A DNA stretch of 64,000 nucleotides, from NCBI GenBank assembly GCA_964608095.1, contig CAZSMK010000011.1, forward strand, positions 18,209 through 82,208. The letters run 5' to 3'. This DNA is from an uncultured Candidatus Sumerlaeota bacterium (GTDB lineage: Bacteria > Sumerlaeota > Sumerlaeia > MWCT01 > JAGHBZ01). This document shows, piece by piece, positions 46,783 to 56,683 of this stretch; the stretch's first letter is position 1, and each line of letters opens with the position of its first letter. Under the pieces are notes generated by a model. It ran no database searches. It saw only the letters and a list, made by a program, of their open reading frames with translations, and was not told where the DNA came from. The position numbers and the translations under genes were made by a program.

Positions 46783-46901
46783 TACCTTGTGTTTTGAGCC
46801 TCAGTATATAGATTGTTGGTGTGCACTCATAAAAAAAAGCCGTCATAAAATATAAATGAATTTTCTTTCATCTCATAGTTATTACTTTTTCGATTTTAGA
46901 A

Positions 46902-48854
46902 GTGCAGGGATTACATCATTTTATGATCAAAGATAAGAGTAATATGTATATAGGATGGGCAATGGAAGCCTATCCGAATATGAACGAAGCGGAGTTAGCC
47001 CGCCATGTGGAGAGACAGCGAAAACATGGGTCCTCCTTTATATGGATAGGTCACAACAATCCCGGCGAAGTGGATAAATATAAGATAGAGCCGGGACTTT
47101 CCTACGCAATCTACGAGGCTTTTATCGATAAAGAAGACCCGCGACACGATGATGCATGTCAGTTGGTCAGCGGATTTCATCGCTTGCTGAATGTTTGTCA
47201 AAAACTGGATATGCCGGTCGTTTTCCCTGTCGGCTACCAGCTCCAGATGGGTGAACGATGGAATCAAGTCAATCAAGAGCATCTTCGACGCAATTTTTCA
47301 GGAAAAATTGTCAATTGGGGGGGAGTAAGTGCCACTTATCTTTCACCGCGGTATCAAGAGGATATCATTCGTTACTACTCCTGGACTCTTGAAGAATTCA
47401 TTCGACCCTATAAAGACAATATCAAACTCATCAACCTCGCTGATGAACCATTCGGGGGAGATTTTTCTTTCTGGGCAAGAGAAAAATTTCGAACCATCTA
47501 TGGCATCAGCATGGAAGATGCGCTGAAGAGTGGAGGAGACTATGTAAAGAAACTTGGTGAATTTCAATCCAGATATATTGTGGAATATGCCCGATGGAGT
47601 GCCGAAACATGGCACAACATGTACCCGGAAATTCCTACCACCATGAGTTTCTGTGGACATCACGGTCGTGAAGAAAACCACATGCCTGATGTGGTTGCCT
47701 TATTTGAAGACACACCCGATCATTTCGAGCCGACATTCGATGTGTATCCCCGCGACGGCTCGTTCAAAGACCCTATAGCTGAGTCGGATATTACCATGCT
47801 GGTGATTTTTCTTCGACAGATTGCGTACCTTTCTCACACACATTCCAAACCCTATTGGCTATGGACAACGGGTAACAGCTGGGGGCTCGGTCAAAACAGC
47901 AGCGACAAAGGGAACATAAGCGATGCTCTGGCAAATCAGTTTTTTGCAGTCAGTTCAGCCGCCCTTAACGGTGGAAATCTTCGCGGCATCGCTATCTGGA
48001 ATTACAATATTAAGCACCAGGGCTTATACAACGATACCAATCCCATAGTCTACGATCCGGACGACTTGTTTGCCAAAAATACGCGTTTTTTGAACTGGCT
48101 TACATGTTATGTACAAGGCAGTGATATGCAACAACCTGCTGAAGCTGCCCTGATCTTACCCCGAGAGTTTGGATATAAAAAAATCGGTGAATCGAAACGG
48201 TGTGTCTGGATTCGCTTTTATGGACTTCAACATCTTCATGCACTTGCCAAACAAGCGAAAAATTTTATTGTCGCTGCATCGTTCGATGATGTTCTGAACT
48301 ATGAGGATTCCCATCTCGGCGAGCTGAAGGTTATCATTTACCTTTCCGATGATGGAAGCGAACTCTCTGAAACAACAATAAAACGAATCGCCACATTTTT
48401 GAAACAACGAGATGAGATTCACAAATGCCCTCAACTCATTATACCCTCTCAAATTGTTGCTCATCTAGGGAAAGCAGTGAATCTCCGAATCACTCAGCAT
48501 TTGATAGCCTTACCCGGCACGCCTGAACACGTTCCTCCCGAGTTCTGGAATGAAAACCTGAACGATATTCTCGACTATTCTTTCTTGAATAACATCTACA
48601 TTGCCGGTATGGATGACCTGCGACTGTTCTATAATTTGAGTAGTTGTAAAAATCCTCTTTTCATGAAAAATGAATTGGGGAAATGGTATTATCTTATTGA
48701 TCCTGCGGGTAATGTCAGGGAGAAAGTCACAATCAACAATTCGGACGTGCAACATGCTATTCATATCAATCATCACGGTTTCGTACTCACATTCAATAGT
48801 CTAAACCTGATAGAAGATCCCTCAACATTCTTAAAAAAATCCGTTACCGTATAA
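46902..48854 (+). CDS. Unassigned cytoplasmic TIM-barrel protein, probable glycoside hydrolase
   Basis: 650 aa, no signal peptide. LINLADEPFGG, FDVYP, PYWLW, GIAIWNY. Lies directly downstream of the sugar SBP. Confidence 0.55.
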   Translation: MQGLHHFMIKDKSNMYIGWAMEAYPNMNEAELARHVERQRKHGSSFIWIGHNNPGEVDKYKIEPGLSYAIYEAFIDKEDPRHDDACQLVSGFHRLLNVCQKLDMPVVFPVGYQLQMGERWNQVNQEHLRRNFSGKIVNWGGVSATYLSPRYQEDIIRYYSWTLEEFIRPYKDNIKLINLADEPFGGDFSFWAREKFRTIYGISMEDALKSGGDYVKKLGEFQSRYIVEYARWSAETWHNMYPEIPTTMSFCGHHGREENHMPDVVALFEDTPDHFEPTFDVYPRDGSFKDPIAESDITMLVIFLRQIAYLSHTHSKPYWLWTTGNSWGLGQNSSDKGNISDALANQFFAVSSAALNGGNLRGIAIWNYNIKHQGLYNDTNPIVYDPDDLFAKNTRFLNWLTCYVQGSDMQQPAEAALILPREFGYKKIGESKRCVWIRFYGLQHLHALAKQAKNFIVAASFDDVLNYEDSHLGELKVIIYLSDDGSELSETTIKRIATFLKQRDEIHKCPQLIIPSQIVAHLGKAVNLRITQHLIALPGTPEHVPPEFWNENLNDILDYSFLNNIYIAGMDDLRLFYNLSSCKNPLFMKNELGKWYYLIDPAGNVREKVTINNSDVQHAIHINHHGFVLTFNSLNLIEDPSTFLKKSVTV

Positions 48855-48978
48855 CCCAGAACGCATCTTGTGTCCCTTTTGTAATAACAACCACCACGTC
48901 GAATGGTAAATTATTTCGTCACTTACGAGATATAATCTTTTTCAGATTTTTCTATAATAACCGATAAGATAAATAGAG

Positions 48979-49007
48979 TTGACATTTGATAGAGCGTAAG
49001 ATATGTT
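48979..49007 (+). promoter_or_regulatory. Sigma70-type promoter TTGACA-N17-TATGTT
   Basis: Perfect -35 box and 17-nt spacer, about 40 nt upstream of the ATG at 49048. Confidence 0.55.
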
Positions 49008-49047
49008 AAAAGTAATTTTTCGACATTATTAAGAAAGGAGATCTGTA

Positions 49048-49686
49048 ATGGTCGACAAAGAGCAAGAAAAAGGGAAAAAGGAAGAACCAGAGAAGGAGCA
49101 GGAGGCTACCCCTCAAGAACCGGTTATTACCGCTGAACAATTGGAGAAGGCAAAAAAAGTTTCCAGGAATGTATTTAACGATGCCATCGCCCTTTTATTC
49201 GACTCTGATAACCGAATTAAACCTCTTGCACAAACCAAGGATATGGCATTCTCTCTCATTGTTGCTGCGGTGTTTATCCTCCTCATCACTATCTTCAACA
49301 GGGCGGTCTTTCCTTTTCAATGGAGCGGATTGAAGATGTTCCTATCCGGCGTGATTCTCTACTTTGCCGGGGCATTGAGCATCTACATTGTCATCCGGTT
49401 TATGGCGGCTAAAGAAGCCCTTATTACCGAAGGTCTGAATATCATGAGCATCTCCTTTATCCCGCTGATCGTTGCGCTCATCCTGGCATTCATCTTTGGC
49501 CTTGCCAAAGCATATGAAATCGCACTATTCCTTTTATACTTCGGTTCGATAATGTCCTTTATCCTCTTCTATAACGCCATTAGAATCTGTTACCAGATCA
49601 CAATACGTTCTTCTCTTTACATGATACCCATTATATTGACTGTGATTGCCATAATCGTACGTATCCTTCTCCAGATATTATTTTAG
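49048..49686 (+). CDS. YIP1-like polytopic membrane protein
   Basis: Charged N-terminus followed by about 5 TM helices; AAGGAG RBS. Confidence 0.6.
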   Translation: MVDKEQEKGKKEEPEKEQEATPQEPVITAEQLEKAKKVSRNVFNDAIALLFDSDNRIKPLAQTKDMAFSLIVAAVFILLITIFNRAVFPFQWSGLKMFLSGVILYFAGALSIYIVIRFMAAKEALITEGLNIMSISFIPLIVALILAFIFGLAKAYEIALFLLYFGSIMSFILFYNAIRICYQITIRSSLYMIPIILTVIAIIVRILLQILF

Positions 49687-49756
49687 TAAGCCGGACACCT
49701 TTGCTGATTATGTATAACTGAGCTGGATAAATCGGAGAGATTATTCATAGAGGCAG

Positions 49757-49790
49757 GGGTAGCGGAATTAATCCTGTGCTCTCGCTACCC
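49757..49790. terminator. Possible terminator hairpin GGGTAGCG-N18-CGCTACCC between convergent genes
   Basis: 8-bp GC-rich stem followed by a pyrimidine-rich tract; the loop is unusually long. Confidence 0.35.
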
Positions 49791-49931
49791 TACCCTCTTT
49801 TCCTTCGTTTAAAGTACCATTTCGGCTTTCCCCAATAGAAACTCCTCCCTTATATGAACGAGTTCAGCCCTTTTCCCGTTTGTTTCAAGAAATTTCCCCC
49901 AGCCTCGAGAACAGTATCACGATCACAATCG

Positions 49932-51062
49932 TCATCGTTTGCTGCTTGTTCTTTTCCGTGTGCTCATTTTTTCCTGCAGTTCAATATACTTCATGGCGGC
50001 AAACACCTCGGCAAATCTGGCTCTCCGCCCTGTTGACAATTCAACTGTTCTGTCAAGGTAAGGACCTATGACGAGGTTGACACCTTCAAATCCCTCGGGC
50101 GCTTTTGAATAAAGTTCTTCAAGCACGGAAGAGAGCTCTTTTTCCTTTTCAATATCGAGTGATTTAAGTTCCTGAACCAGTTCTGCAAGCTCAGGTGGAG
50201 GGTCGTGCTTAGCGTTACTCCACGCGGCAACAATGGGTAAGTAGACAGATGTCATCGATCCGGATTTAATATCCACTTTCCCCGAAGCGAAGCCGGGCTT
50301 GTTATCGTTTGCAAAAAGACTGATGTACACTGTCCCTTCGGGAAGTCCATAAATAGTAGAGCGTCCTGCAGGCATGCGGTTTCCGCCGATCATGTTTTTC
50401 ATAAACTCACCACCCCATGCGGCAAAACCCAAAATCGGATCTGCTCGCGGCGGTGCTGTGCTTATCACCATGTAGATGTCATCATTGGGCGCATCTTCGT
50501 CGATTCGCAGTATACCGTTTCCTGAAGGTGAAATCCTCATTGTCACTACCGAACCGGTGGTGAGTCTTATATTATCTGCCACTCCGAAGAGTGCTATTTC
50601 CTCACCATTGACATCGAGCAAGCTCTTGACTGAATCCGCATCCTTCCATGTTTGGGCGACCAGACGATAACGTCCGATAGGAATGTGCTCGAACGCGAAA
50701 GCACCGTTATCGTCAGTTGTCCTGTGCTCGAGTTTATCCGTAAATGTACCGAGCATAATGGAGAATGTGAAAGGAATATACGAGTCGCGTGCGATAGGAA
50801 TTCCCGTGCCCTCATCGCATAGCGCCACTTGAACACCCGCAGCAGGTTTCCCTTCTCTATCAAAAACAAATCCCTTTATGGTTCCTTTTGCTTCCGGCAC
50901 TTCACGTTTAATATAAGAGGGTATAGGCCGCTCCGTTTTCTCAGACCTTGATGGTGTGCTTCTCTGTCCTGCAGCGTGGTAAGTACTTAAGGATAAAAGC
51001 ACAAAAGAAAAGATCAAATGAACCCAACTGTATCCTTTGAAGAAATTATGTGTTCGACACAT
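49932..51062 (-). CDS. Secreted protein with carboxypeptidase-regulatory-like beta-sandwich domain(s)
   Basis: Signal peptide; GTIKGFVFDREGKPAAGVQV...TTDDNGAFAFEHIPIGRYRLVA. Confidence 0.65.
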   Translation of the reverse strand: MCRTHNFFKGYSWVHLIFSFVLLSLSTYHAAGQRSTPSRSEKTERPIPSYIKREVPEAKGTIKGFVFDREGKPAAGVQVALCDEGTGIPIARDSYIPFTFSIMLGTFTDKLEHRTTDDNGAFAFEHIPIGRYRLVAQTWKDADSVKSLLDVNGEEIALFGVADNIRLTTGSVVTMRISPSGNGILRIDEDAPNDDIYMVISTAPPRADPILGFAAWGGEFMKNMIGGNRMPAGRSTIYGLPEGTVYISLFANDNKPGFASGKVDIKSGSMTSVYLPIVAAWSNAKHDPPPELAELVQELKSLDIEKEKELSSVLEELYSKAPEGFEGVNLVIGPYLDRTVELSTGRRARFAEVFAAMKYIELQEKMSTRKRTSSKR

Positions 51063-51121
51063 TCTTGAACCTCCTATAACAGAATAATTAAAACGCTCAT
51101 ACTATTCTGAGAAATAAGCCC

Positions 51122-52345
51122 TCAATCTTTTGATTTCCGTATATCTTCAATCAATGCAACCGGATTGATGATTTTCCCAAAAGAGTATTTTTGATTTCTA
51201 TGTTCCAACGAAATACTTTGCCCCGCGTTAAGTGCGCTATGCCAGAATTCTTCGGAGGAAATATCTGGCTTCACCTGAACAGCAAGAGCATACATTCCGG
51301 CAATATAGGGTATTGCCCAACTCAGACCTCCCACCCGATAAAACACATACTCTTCCTTACCGGTCGGACTTGCGGTGGTTCTGGAATCCATAGGAACCAT
51401 GAGGCAATCATCAAAAACGTCCGGTGAAAAATAGAATCCCGCATCCCAGAAAAAACCGGGTCTATATGAGTTGATGTTATCGGGCTCAGACCGTGGGTCA
51501 CGGTTCATTCCCATGAACTTGAAGCCATGAATTTGAGCCGATGAGGAACATAGGACGAACATGTTATCCGCTCGGGCACGTTCAATCGCAGAGGTAATTT
51601 CGTCGTATCCCTTCACGCCGGGAGCAAAGCCGAGAGAAATGGAAAGTACGCGGATTTTTCTGTCGTCAGGCAGCATGCGGTTTATCTCCAGAATCCTTTC
51701 GATACCCCGGGTATAATAATTGTAATCATAGACGAATTCTTTCGTTTCCAAATTTTGCTTACCCGCAATGGTTGCAATGTAATAAAGGTCAACTTCGGGA
51801 GCGACACCGACACTTTTGCCGGCGGCAATAGATGCCACGGCTGCTCCATGCATCTGAGCATTCCAGTATTCTGGAATTTCAATTTCTTCATACAAACGTA
51901 AACGTTCTGCATATTCAGCATGATCAACGAGAAGCCTCTGATCGATTATGGCAATTCCCACGCCCTTACCCGTTATCCCCTGTTCATGAAGTCTACGAAC
52001 ACCAAGTCCCGGGTTCTTCCCGTTTTGCAGAATCTGCTTCACATCGAAATCTTCAGGCATACGATTAGAAGAGGGCCAGATTGTGCGCTCATCAAAATCC
52101 GCCATAAGAAGTTCCCCACGCGAATCCCGTAAATCCAGACCTGAAACATCGTAACTTCGTAAATCAACCTGAAACGGCTCGCCGCTTTCTAATTTAAACG
52201 TTGGCAGCTCCTTTAACCTGCCCCTGAAATAATTCGCAGCGGGTGGAACACAATCAATTTTGGGAAATGCTATCCCCTCATCAGTGGCATATAAAGCGCC
52301 TCCCACAACGAGAAAGAAAACGAATATGAAAACTAAGGTTCTCAT
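51122..52345 (-). CDS. Secreted S8 (subtilase) serine peptidase
   Basis: Signal peptide; triad GIAIID / MHGAAVASIAAG / GGLSWAIPYIAG; SISLG. Confidence 0.85.
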   Translation of the reverse strand: MRTLVFIFVFFLVVGGALYATDEGIAFPKIDCVPPAANYFRGRLKELPTFKLESGEPFQVDLRSYDVSGLDLRDSRGELLMADFDERTIWPSSNRMPEDFDVKQILQNGKNPGLGVRRLHEQGITGKGVGIAIIDQRLLVDHAEYAERLRLYEEIEIPEYWNAQMHGAAVASIAAGKSVGVAPEVDLYYIATIAGKQNLETKEFVYDYNYYTRGIERILEINRMLPDDRKIRVLSISLGFAPGVKGYDEITSAIERARADNMFVLCSSSAQIHGFKFMGMNRDPRSEPDNINSYRPGFFWDAGFYFSPDVFDDCLMVPMDSRTTASPTGKEEYVFYRVGGLSWAIPYIAGMYALAVQVKPDISSEEFWHSALNAGQSISLEHRNQKYSFGKIINPVALIEDIRKSKD

Positions 52346-52514
52346 TTTACTTATATTCCTTATAAAGCCATTATCTCTCGGGTTGAATATAATAAATCAA
52401 CTACATAGCACTGTAATTTTTATGACGTCAATAACGTTCCCTCTTCAAGTCTAATCCTTTTGTGTCGTTTTGCGAGTAGTGAAAATCGTAGCGAAATAGG
52501 CTTCTGAAGGGTGC

Positions 52515-54359
52515 TCATGGCTGAATCCATTCTTCATAGGCAAGCGGTCCGTTGAATTCGGCTGCACGGTTCTCATATTCCGTGCCCGACGTCACGGCAT
52601 GGATAAAGCCATTCATGTCGCCGACAAGGACTGTATGTAAAATTTTGTTCTCCGGGTTTTTATGAAGTATGATATCTACCTGGTCGTTTAAGCCTCGATA
52701 GCGAATCAAATCCTTCTCATCGCGCCGCGCAAGGTGTATATCCTCTAATAACCGCCGGACCATTTTGAGAGTCTTCCGATACGTTCCTCCCGTCGGTCCT
52801 ACCACAAGTTTTCCATTAACACGAATGTTCCGATCATCGTAGCAGATCACATTAAGGTGATGATTCGGACACCTGAGCAACCACGGAATCAATGTATCGC
52901 CATGCTTCTCGTCATCGTCATAACCATAGTTTGCATCGAGGAAGGAAATTCGTTCTATCTCAGAAGGGAGCTCGTCAAATCCGTTTAGGTAACCGAAAAT
53001 AAGACTTCCGCCGCCGCTGTGAGCCGAGAGATGAATCTTGACGTTCGACCAGGGGAAATGCTCTCTTACAGAATCAATCAAACGCTTGATCAGCTCAGTT
53101 TCGTCGGGATGAGTTCGCCGCCAGGTCGGCCAGCTCTTTCCGCCCGCCTCGAGGTATGCCACGACAATATTCCAATCCTTGATGACCTGGCGAAGACGCC
53201 GTGTTTGTGCACCTATGTGCTGAATCCCGAAATGCCAGTCTACTCCCTCAACTACCTTCTTCCCGATGGTCTGTTCGATGGTGTTGCCATTCGGAAGTGC
53301 AAAGAAAATTAGTTTTGTGGGTCGCGACGGATCGAACGACTCAACTGATGGCGCATTGATAACCACTCGAACGTCAGGTTCAAAAGAATAGGTTTTTACC
53401 TGTTCGTTCCAATGAGGACTTATATCGAATCCATCAAGACGTCCGTTCGGCTTTGCGGCTGTTAATGACGTCTTCCGGAACAAATCGGAAAGAGCATAAA
53501 AATGTTCAAAATGATCCTGCGTGGTCATCCCTGCATATCCCAACAAATGGAAATTTCCTTTTTCGGTTCGATAGAGCAGGCGCGCCCCGCGCGTGTTGCA
53601 GTCAAATGCGGGAATACGAACCAGCCCCAGATCGTTAAGCAGATAGTCGGCAGCAAGCGTTGTCGTATTGCCTCGATGCTCTTCGAGTGGGGGGAAGAGA
53701 TGAGTGAACCACATCGAGCATTCGCCTTTTACCGCTCGACGCGCAAAACGCACAAACGGTTCCATGGCTGCGGGTTCGAGCTCGTTCTCTCTTCCTTCAA
53801 CTCGAGGAGCATAAAGAGAATCTGCCAGCACGACATCGCTTATCAGATTCTCGAATTGAGGTAACCGAAGTATTTCACGAATAGCGGAATATCCTCCGCT
53901 GAATGATGTGAGGCACACCTTGCCGATTGGTTTTGTTGTTATCTTCTCACGAACAAGGGTTGTGGTCGTCTCTTCCAAAACCTGCAGGAATTTCTCCGGG
54001 TCATTGAAGACTAAAGGATAGCCATAGTTTTTTACCGTAATGCTTACAATGACGGCGTTTTTGAAAGCGTCATAGAATGTCTGTTCGGAACACCACGAGG
54101 CACCGTGGAAGAAGACGACTACCTCAGTGGCTACGGAAAGATCAGGATTGAAAAAGTCGGGAACAAAGAGAGTGCCAAGCGAGAGATCGAAATGTTTTCC
54201 GGGCACATCTCTCTGCGCGGGCGGCACCGGAAATTGTTGCTCGCTCCGCTTATTCAATGCACTCTTCTCATCCGCTGTTGCAGAATGAATTATCAACACT
54301 GCAAGCATGCTTATAACCACAAAAAGCCTTACAAACCCATACATAGTATCATTATTCAT
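52515..54359 (-). CDS. Secreted protein with two tandem alpha/beta-hydrolase-like domains
   Basis: Signal peptide; nucleophile elbows LTSFSGG and LSAHSGG, each followed by L(A)D(S/A).Y. Confidence 0.6.
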   Translation of the reverse strand: MNNDTMYGFVRLFVVISMLAVLIIHSATADEKSALNKRSEQQFPVPPAQRDVPGKHFDLSLGTLFVPDFFNPDLSVATEVVVFFHGASWCSEQTFYDAFKNAVIVSITVKNYGYPLVFNDPEKFLQVLEETTTTLVREKITTKPIGKVCLTSFSGGYSAIREILRLPQFENLISDVVLADSLYAPRVEGRENELEPAAMEPFVRFARRAVKGECSMWFTHLFPPLEEHRGNTTTLAADYLLNDLGLVRIPAFDCNTRGARLLYRTEKGNFHLLGYAGMTTQDHFEHFYALSDLFRKTSLTAAKPNGRLDGFDISPHWNEQVKTYSFEPDVRVVINAPSVESFDPSRPTKLIFFALPNGNTIEQTIGKKVVEGVDWHFGIQHIGAQTRRLRQVIKDWNIVVAYLEAGGKSWPTWRRTHPDETELIKRLIDSVREHFPWSNVKIHLSAHSGGGSLIFGYLNGFDELPSEIERISFLDANYGYDDDEKHGDTLIPWLLRCPNHHLNVICYDDRNIRVNGKLVVGPTGGTYRKTLKMVRRLLEDIHLARRDEKDLIRYRGLNDQVDIILHKNPENKILHTVLVGDMNGFIHAVTSGTEYENRAAEFNGPLAYEEWIQP

Positions 54360-54677
54360 TTCGATAAACTATGACTCCGCACTGCGTATAAATTGTTGTA
54401 TTCTTTTTTAAAACAGGTCACAATAGAAATATAAGATGGTATAGTTCAAATGAATTTTTGTGAAAAATGAGCATTGATGTAAAAATGCGTCAGCAGGGAA
54501 AATGTTCCCACCTCATCTGAAACCGGGAGGTAAATTGTAAATCAGGATAACTTTGTACTATATGATATATGAAAATTCTTGCGTGGAACTTGAAATATAG
54601 TAAGAGTTATTGTCATCTTTTATCATTAAAAAGGGATCGTAGAAAAATTTTCATAAAACAGCCGGACAAAATGCATC

Positions 54678-56585
54678 ATGGGAACTAAAAACAACAATCA
54701 CAAAGGAAAGATTTCTCTGAGGTATTACCTTACTTTTTATATTCTCCTGTTGTTGATTCCGATATTAATCACGCTATCGATTATCGATTATTTTGATAGC
54801 CGTATGGACTTGAAGAATCATTATCAGCTCATACAGGAACAATCCGAGAACGAGATCAAGAACGTAATATCCCTTGTCGACAGCGGCTATAAAATGTTTG
54901 GAAAAACGCTTGATGACGAATTGAAAAAGGCGTTTGAGCCGTTTATCGCTGCCTACAAAGAGGCGGGAAACGATCCGTCGAAAATCGATCTCGAGGCGCT
55001 TAAGGAAAAACTCGGCGGCAATATGGACCTCTATATAATTAACAAAGTCGGCGTTGTCGTGTATTCAACATACCAGACCGATATCGGTCTTGATTTCAAT
55101 ATCTATCCCGATTTCGTCGATTACCTCGACAAAATCAGGTTGGGGAATAGCTACTCATCGGATAGAATTACGCCTGAAATAAGAACCGGCATCTTACGAA
55201 AATACGCCTATATACCAAGCCCTGACCACGAATACATCCTCGAACTCGGACTGGTGTCCGAAGAGTTTAAGACCAATATTCAAGAACTTGACTTTACCAA
55301 GGTTGCGTCTGAACTCACAGATATAAATCCTTCGTTGAATAACGTACGCATTTTCGACCGGGCAGGCAACTTGATTGGAAGACCCGAAGTCAAAGTCAGC
55401 AACGAGGTCAGAAATATGGTTGTTGAAGTTTACAGAGACCGAGAGTCCTGTGTGTTTTATAAAGAAGACCAAAAAGAAGTGGTAAAGTATCTTTTTGTTG
55501 ATCTATCGGACCCGGATTATCCCACCGATGTAAGTAAGATCGTAGAATTGACTTATAGCACCCGCCCTATGGAACAGCGCCTGAAAAGCAAAAAGATTTA
55601 TCATATCAGCGCCACCTTAATCGCCATGCTTCTTGGTTTTGTCCTTACGCCCATTGTCGCAGGGAAAATCACCAGCCCTATACGCAAAATTGTTCATAGC
55701 ATCAACCGTATCGCTCAGGGCGAGCTTGATCATAAACTGCGTGTAAAGACACATTCAGAACTCCTGACCCTCGAAAAAAGCATCAACACCATGGTGCAAA
55801 CCCTCAAGGATAATATTACTAAGATAAAGGAGTCCGAGGAAAAGATTCGCCAATACAGCCAGCGTCTGGACGAACTTGTCGAGGCGCGCACCGCTGAACT
55901 TGAAGAAGCAAATGAAGACCTCAAGGCATTTGCTCATTCAATTTCTCACGACCTCCGCGCTCCTCTTGTGATACTGCAAAAACATGCTTCTGTCTTGCTT
56001 GAGCAAAACGCCGACCGGCTCGACGAAAAAGGTAGAGAACGCGCTGAGAAAATTCTGGAGACCAGCCGAAGAATCGACCGCTTGATCCAGGATTTGCTCG
56101 ATTATAATTACCTGGGCAGAGCGGACATCAAACTCGAACCTGTCAACCTGGAAAACCTTATGGAGGAAGTCCTCACTCAGATTGAACCACAGATAAATGA
56201 AAAAAATGCCGTCATCAAGGTCAACGAACCCCTTCCCGATGTCATGGGACACAGGGCTACATTGTTTACCGTCATAACCAATCTCGTGACCAATGCGCTG
56301 AAATATGTTGCTCCTGATGTTAGACCTGGTGTGAAGATATACACAGAAGCAAAAAATGGCTGGATACGATTGTGGGTCGAGGATAACGGAATCGGCATCG
56401 CATCCGAAGACCAGGAACGTATCTTCCACCTCTTCGAGCGGGTAAAAGAAACAGAGGACTATTCAGGTACCGGAATCGGTCTGGCGATCGTTAGAAAAGG
56501 CATTCAACGAATGGGTGGGCACCTTGGGCTCGAATCCGAGCCGGGTAAAGGAAGTAAATTCTGGATTGAACTTCGACGCGCGTGA
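54678..56585 (+). CDS. Membrane sensor histidine kinase (TM-sensor-TM-HAMP-HisKA-HATPase)
   Basis: H-box AFAHSISHDLRAPL, N-box NLVTNALKY, DNGIGI, GTGIGLAIV, GKGSKF. Confidence 0.92.
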   Translation: MGTKNNNHKGKISLRYYLTFYILLLLIPILITLSIIDYFDSRMDLKNHYQLIQEQSENEIKNVISLVDSGYKMFGKTLDDELKKAFEPFIAAYKEAGNDPSKIDLEALKEKLGGNMDLYIINKVGVVVYSTYQTDIGLDFNIYPDFVDYLDKIRLGNSYSSDRITPEIRTGILRKYAYIPSPDHEYILELGLVSEEFKTNIQELDFTKVASELTDINPSLNNVRIFDRAGNLIGRPEVKVSNEVRNMVVEVYRDRESCVFYKEDQKEVVKYLFVDLSDPDYPTDVSKIVELTYSTRPMEQRLKSKKIYHISATLIAMLLGFVLTPIVAGKITSPIRKIVHSINRIAQGELDHKLRVKTHSELLTLEKSINTMVQTLKDNITKIKESEEKIRQYSQRLDELVEARTAELEEANEDLKAFAHSISHDLRAPLVILQKHASVLLEQNADRLDEKGRERAEKILETSRRIDRLIQDLLDYNYLGRADIKLEPVNLENLMEEVLTQIEPQINEKNAVIKVNEPLPDVMGHRATLFTVITNLVTNALKYVAPDVRPGVKIYTEAKNGWIRLWVEDNGIGIASEDQERIFHLFERVKETEDYSGTGIGLAIVRKGIQRMGGHLGLESEPGKGSKFWIELRRA

Positions 56586-56683
56586 GATTATTTTTTCGTT
56601 CTATAAATTACGCCCTTCATGACAAATCGCGGCTTTCAAGATTTTAATTCTTTAAAAGGATATTTTTACATCGAACTCCATGA

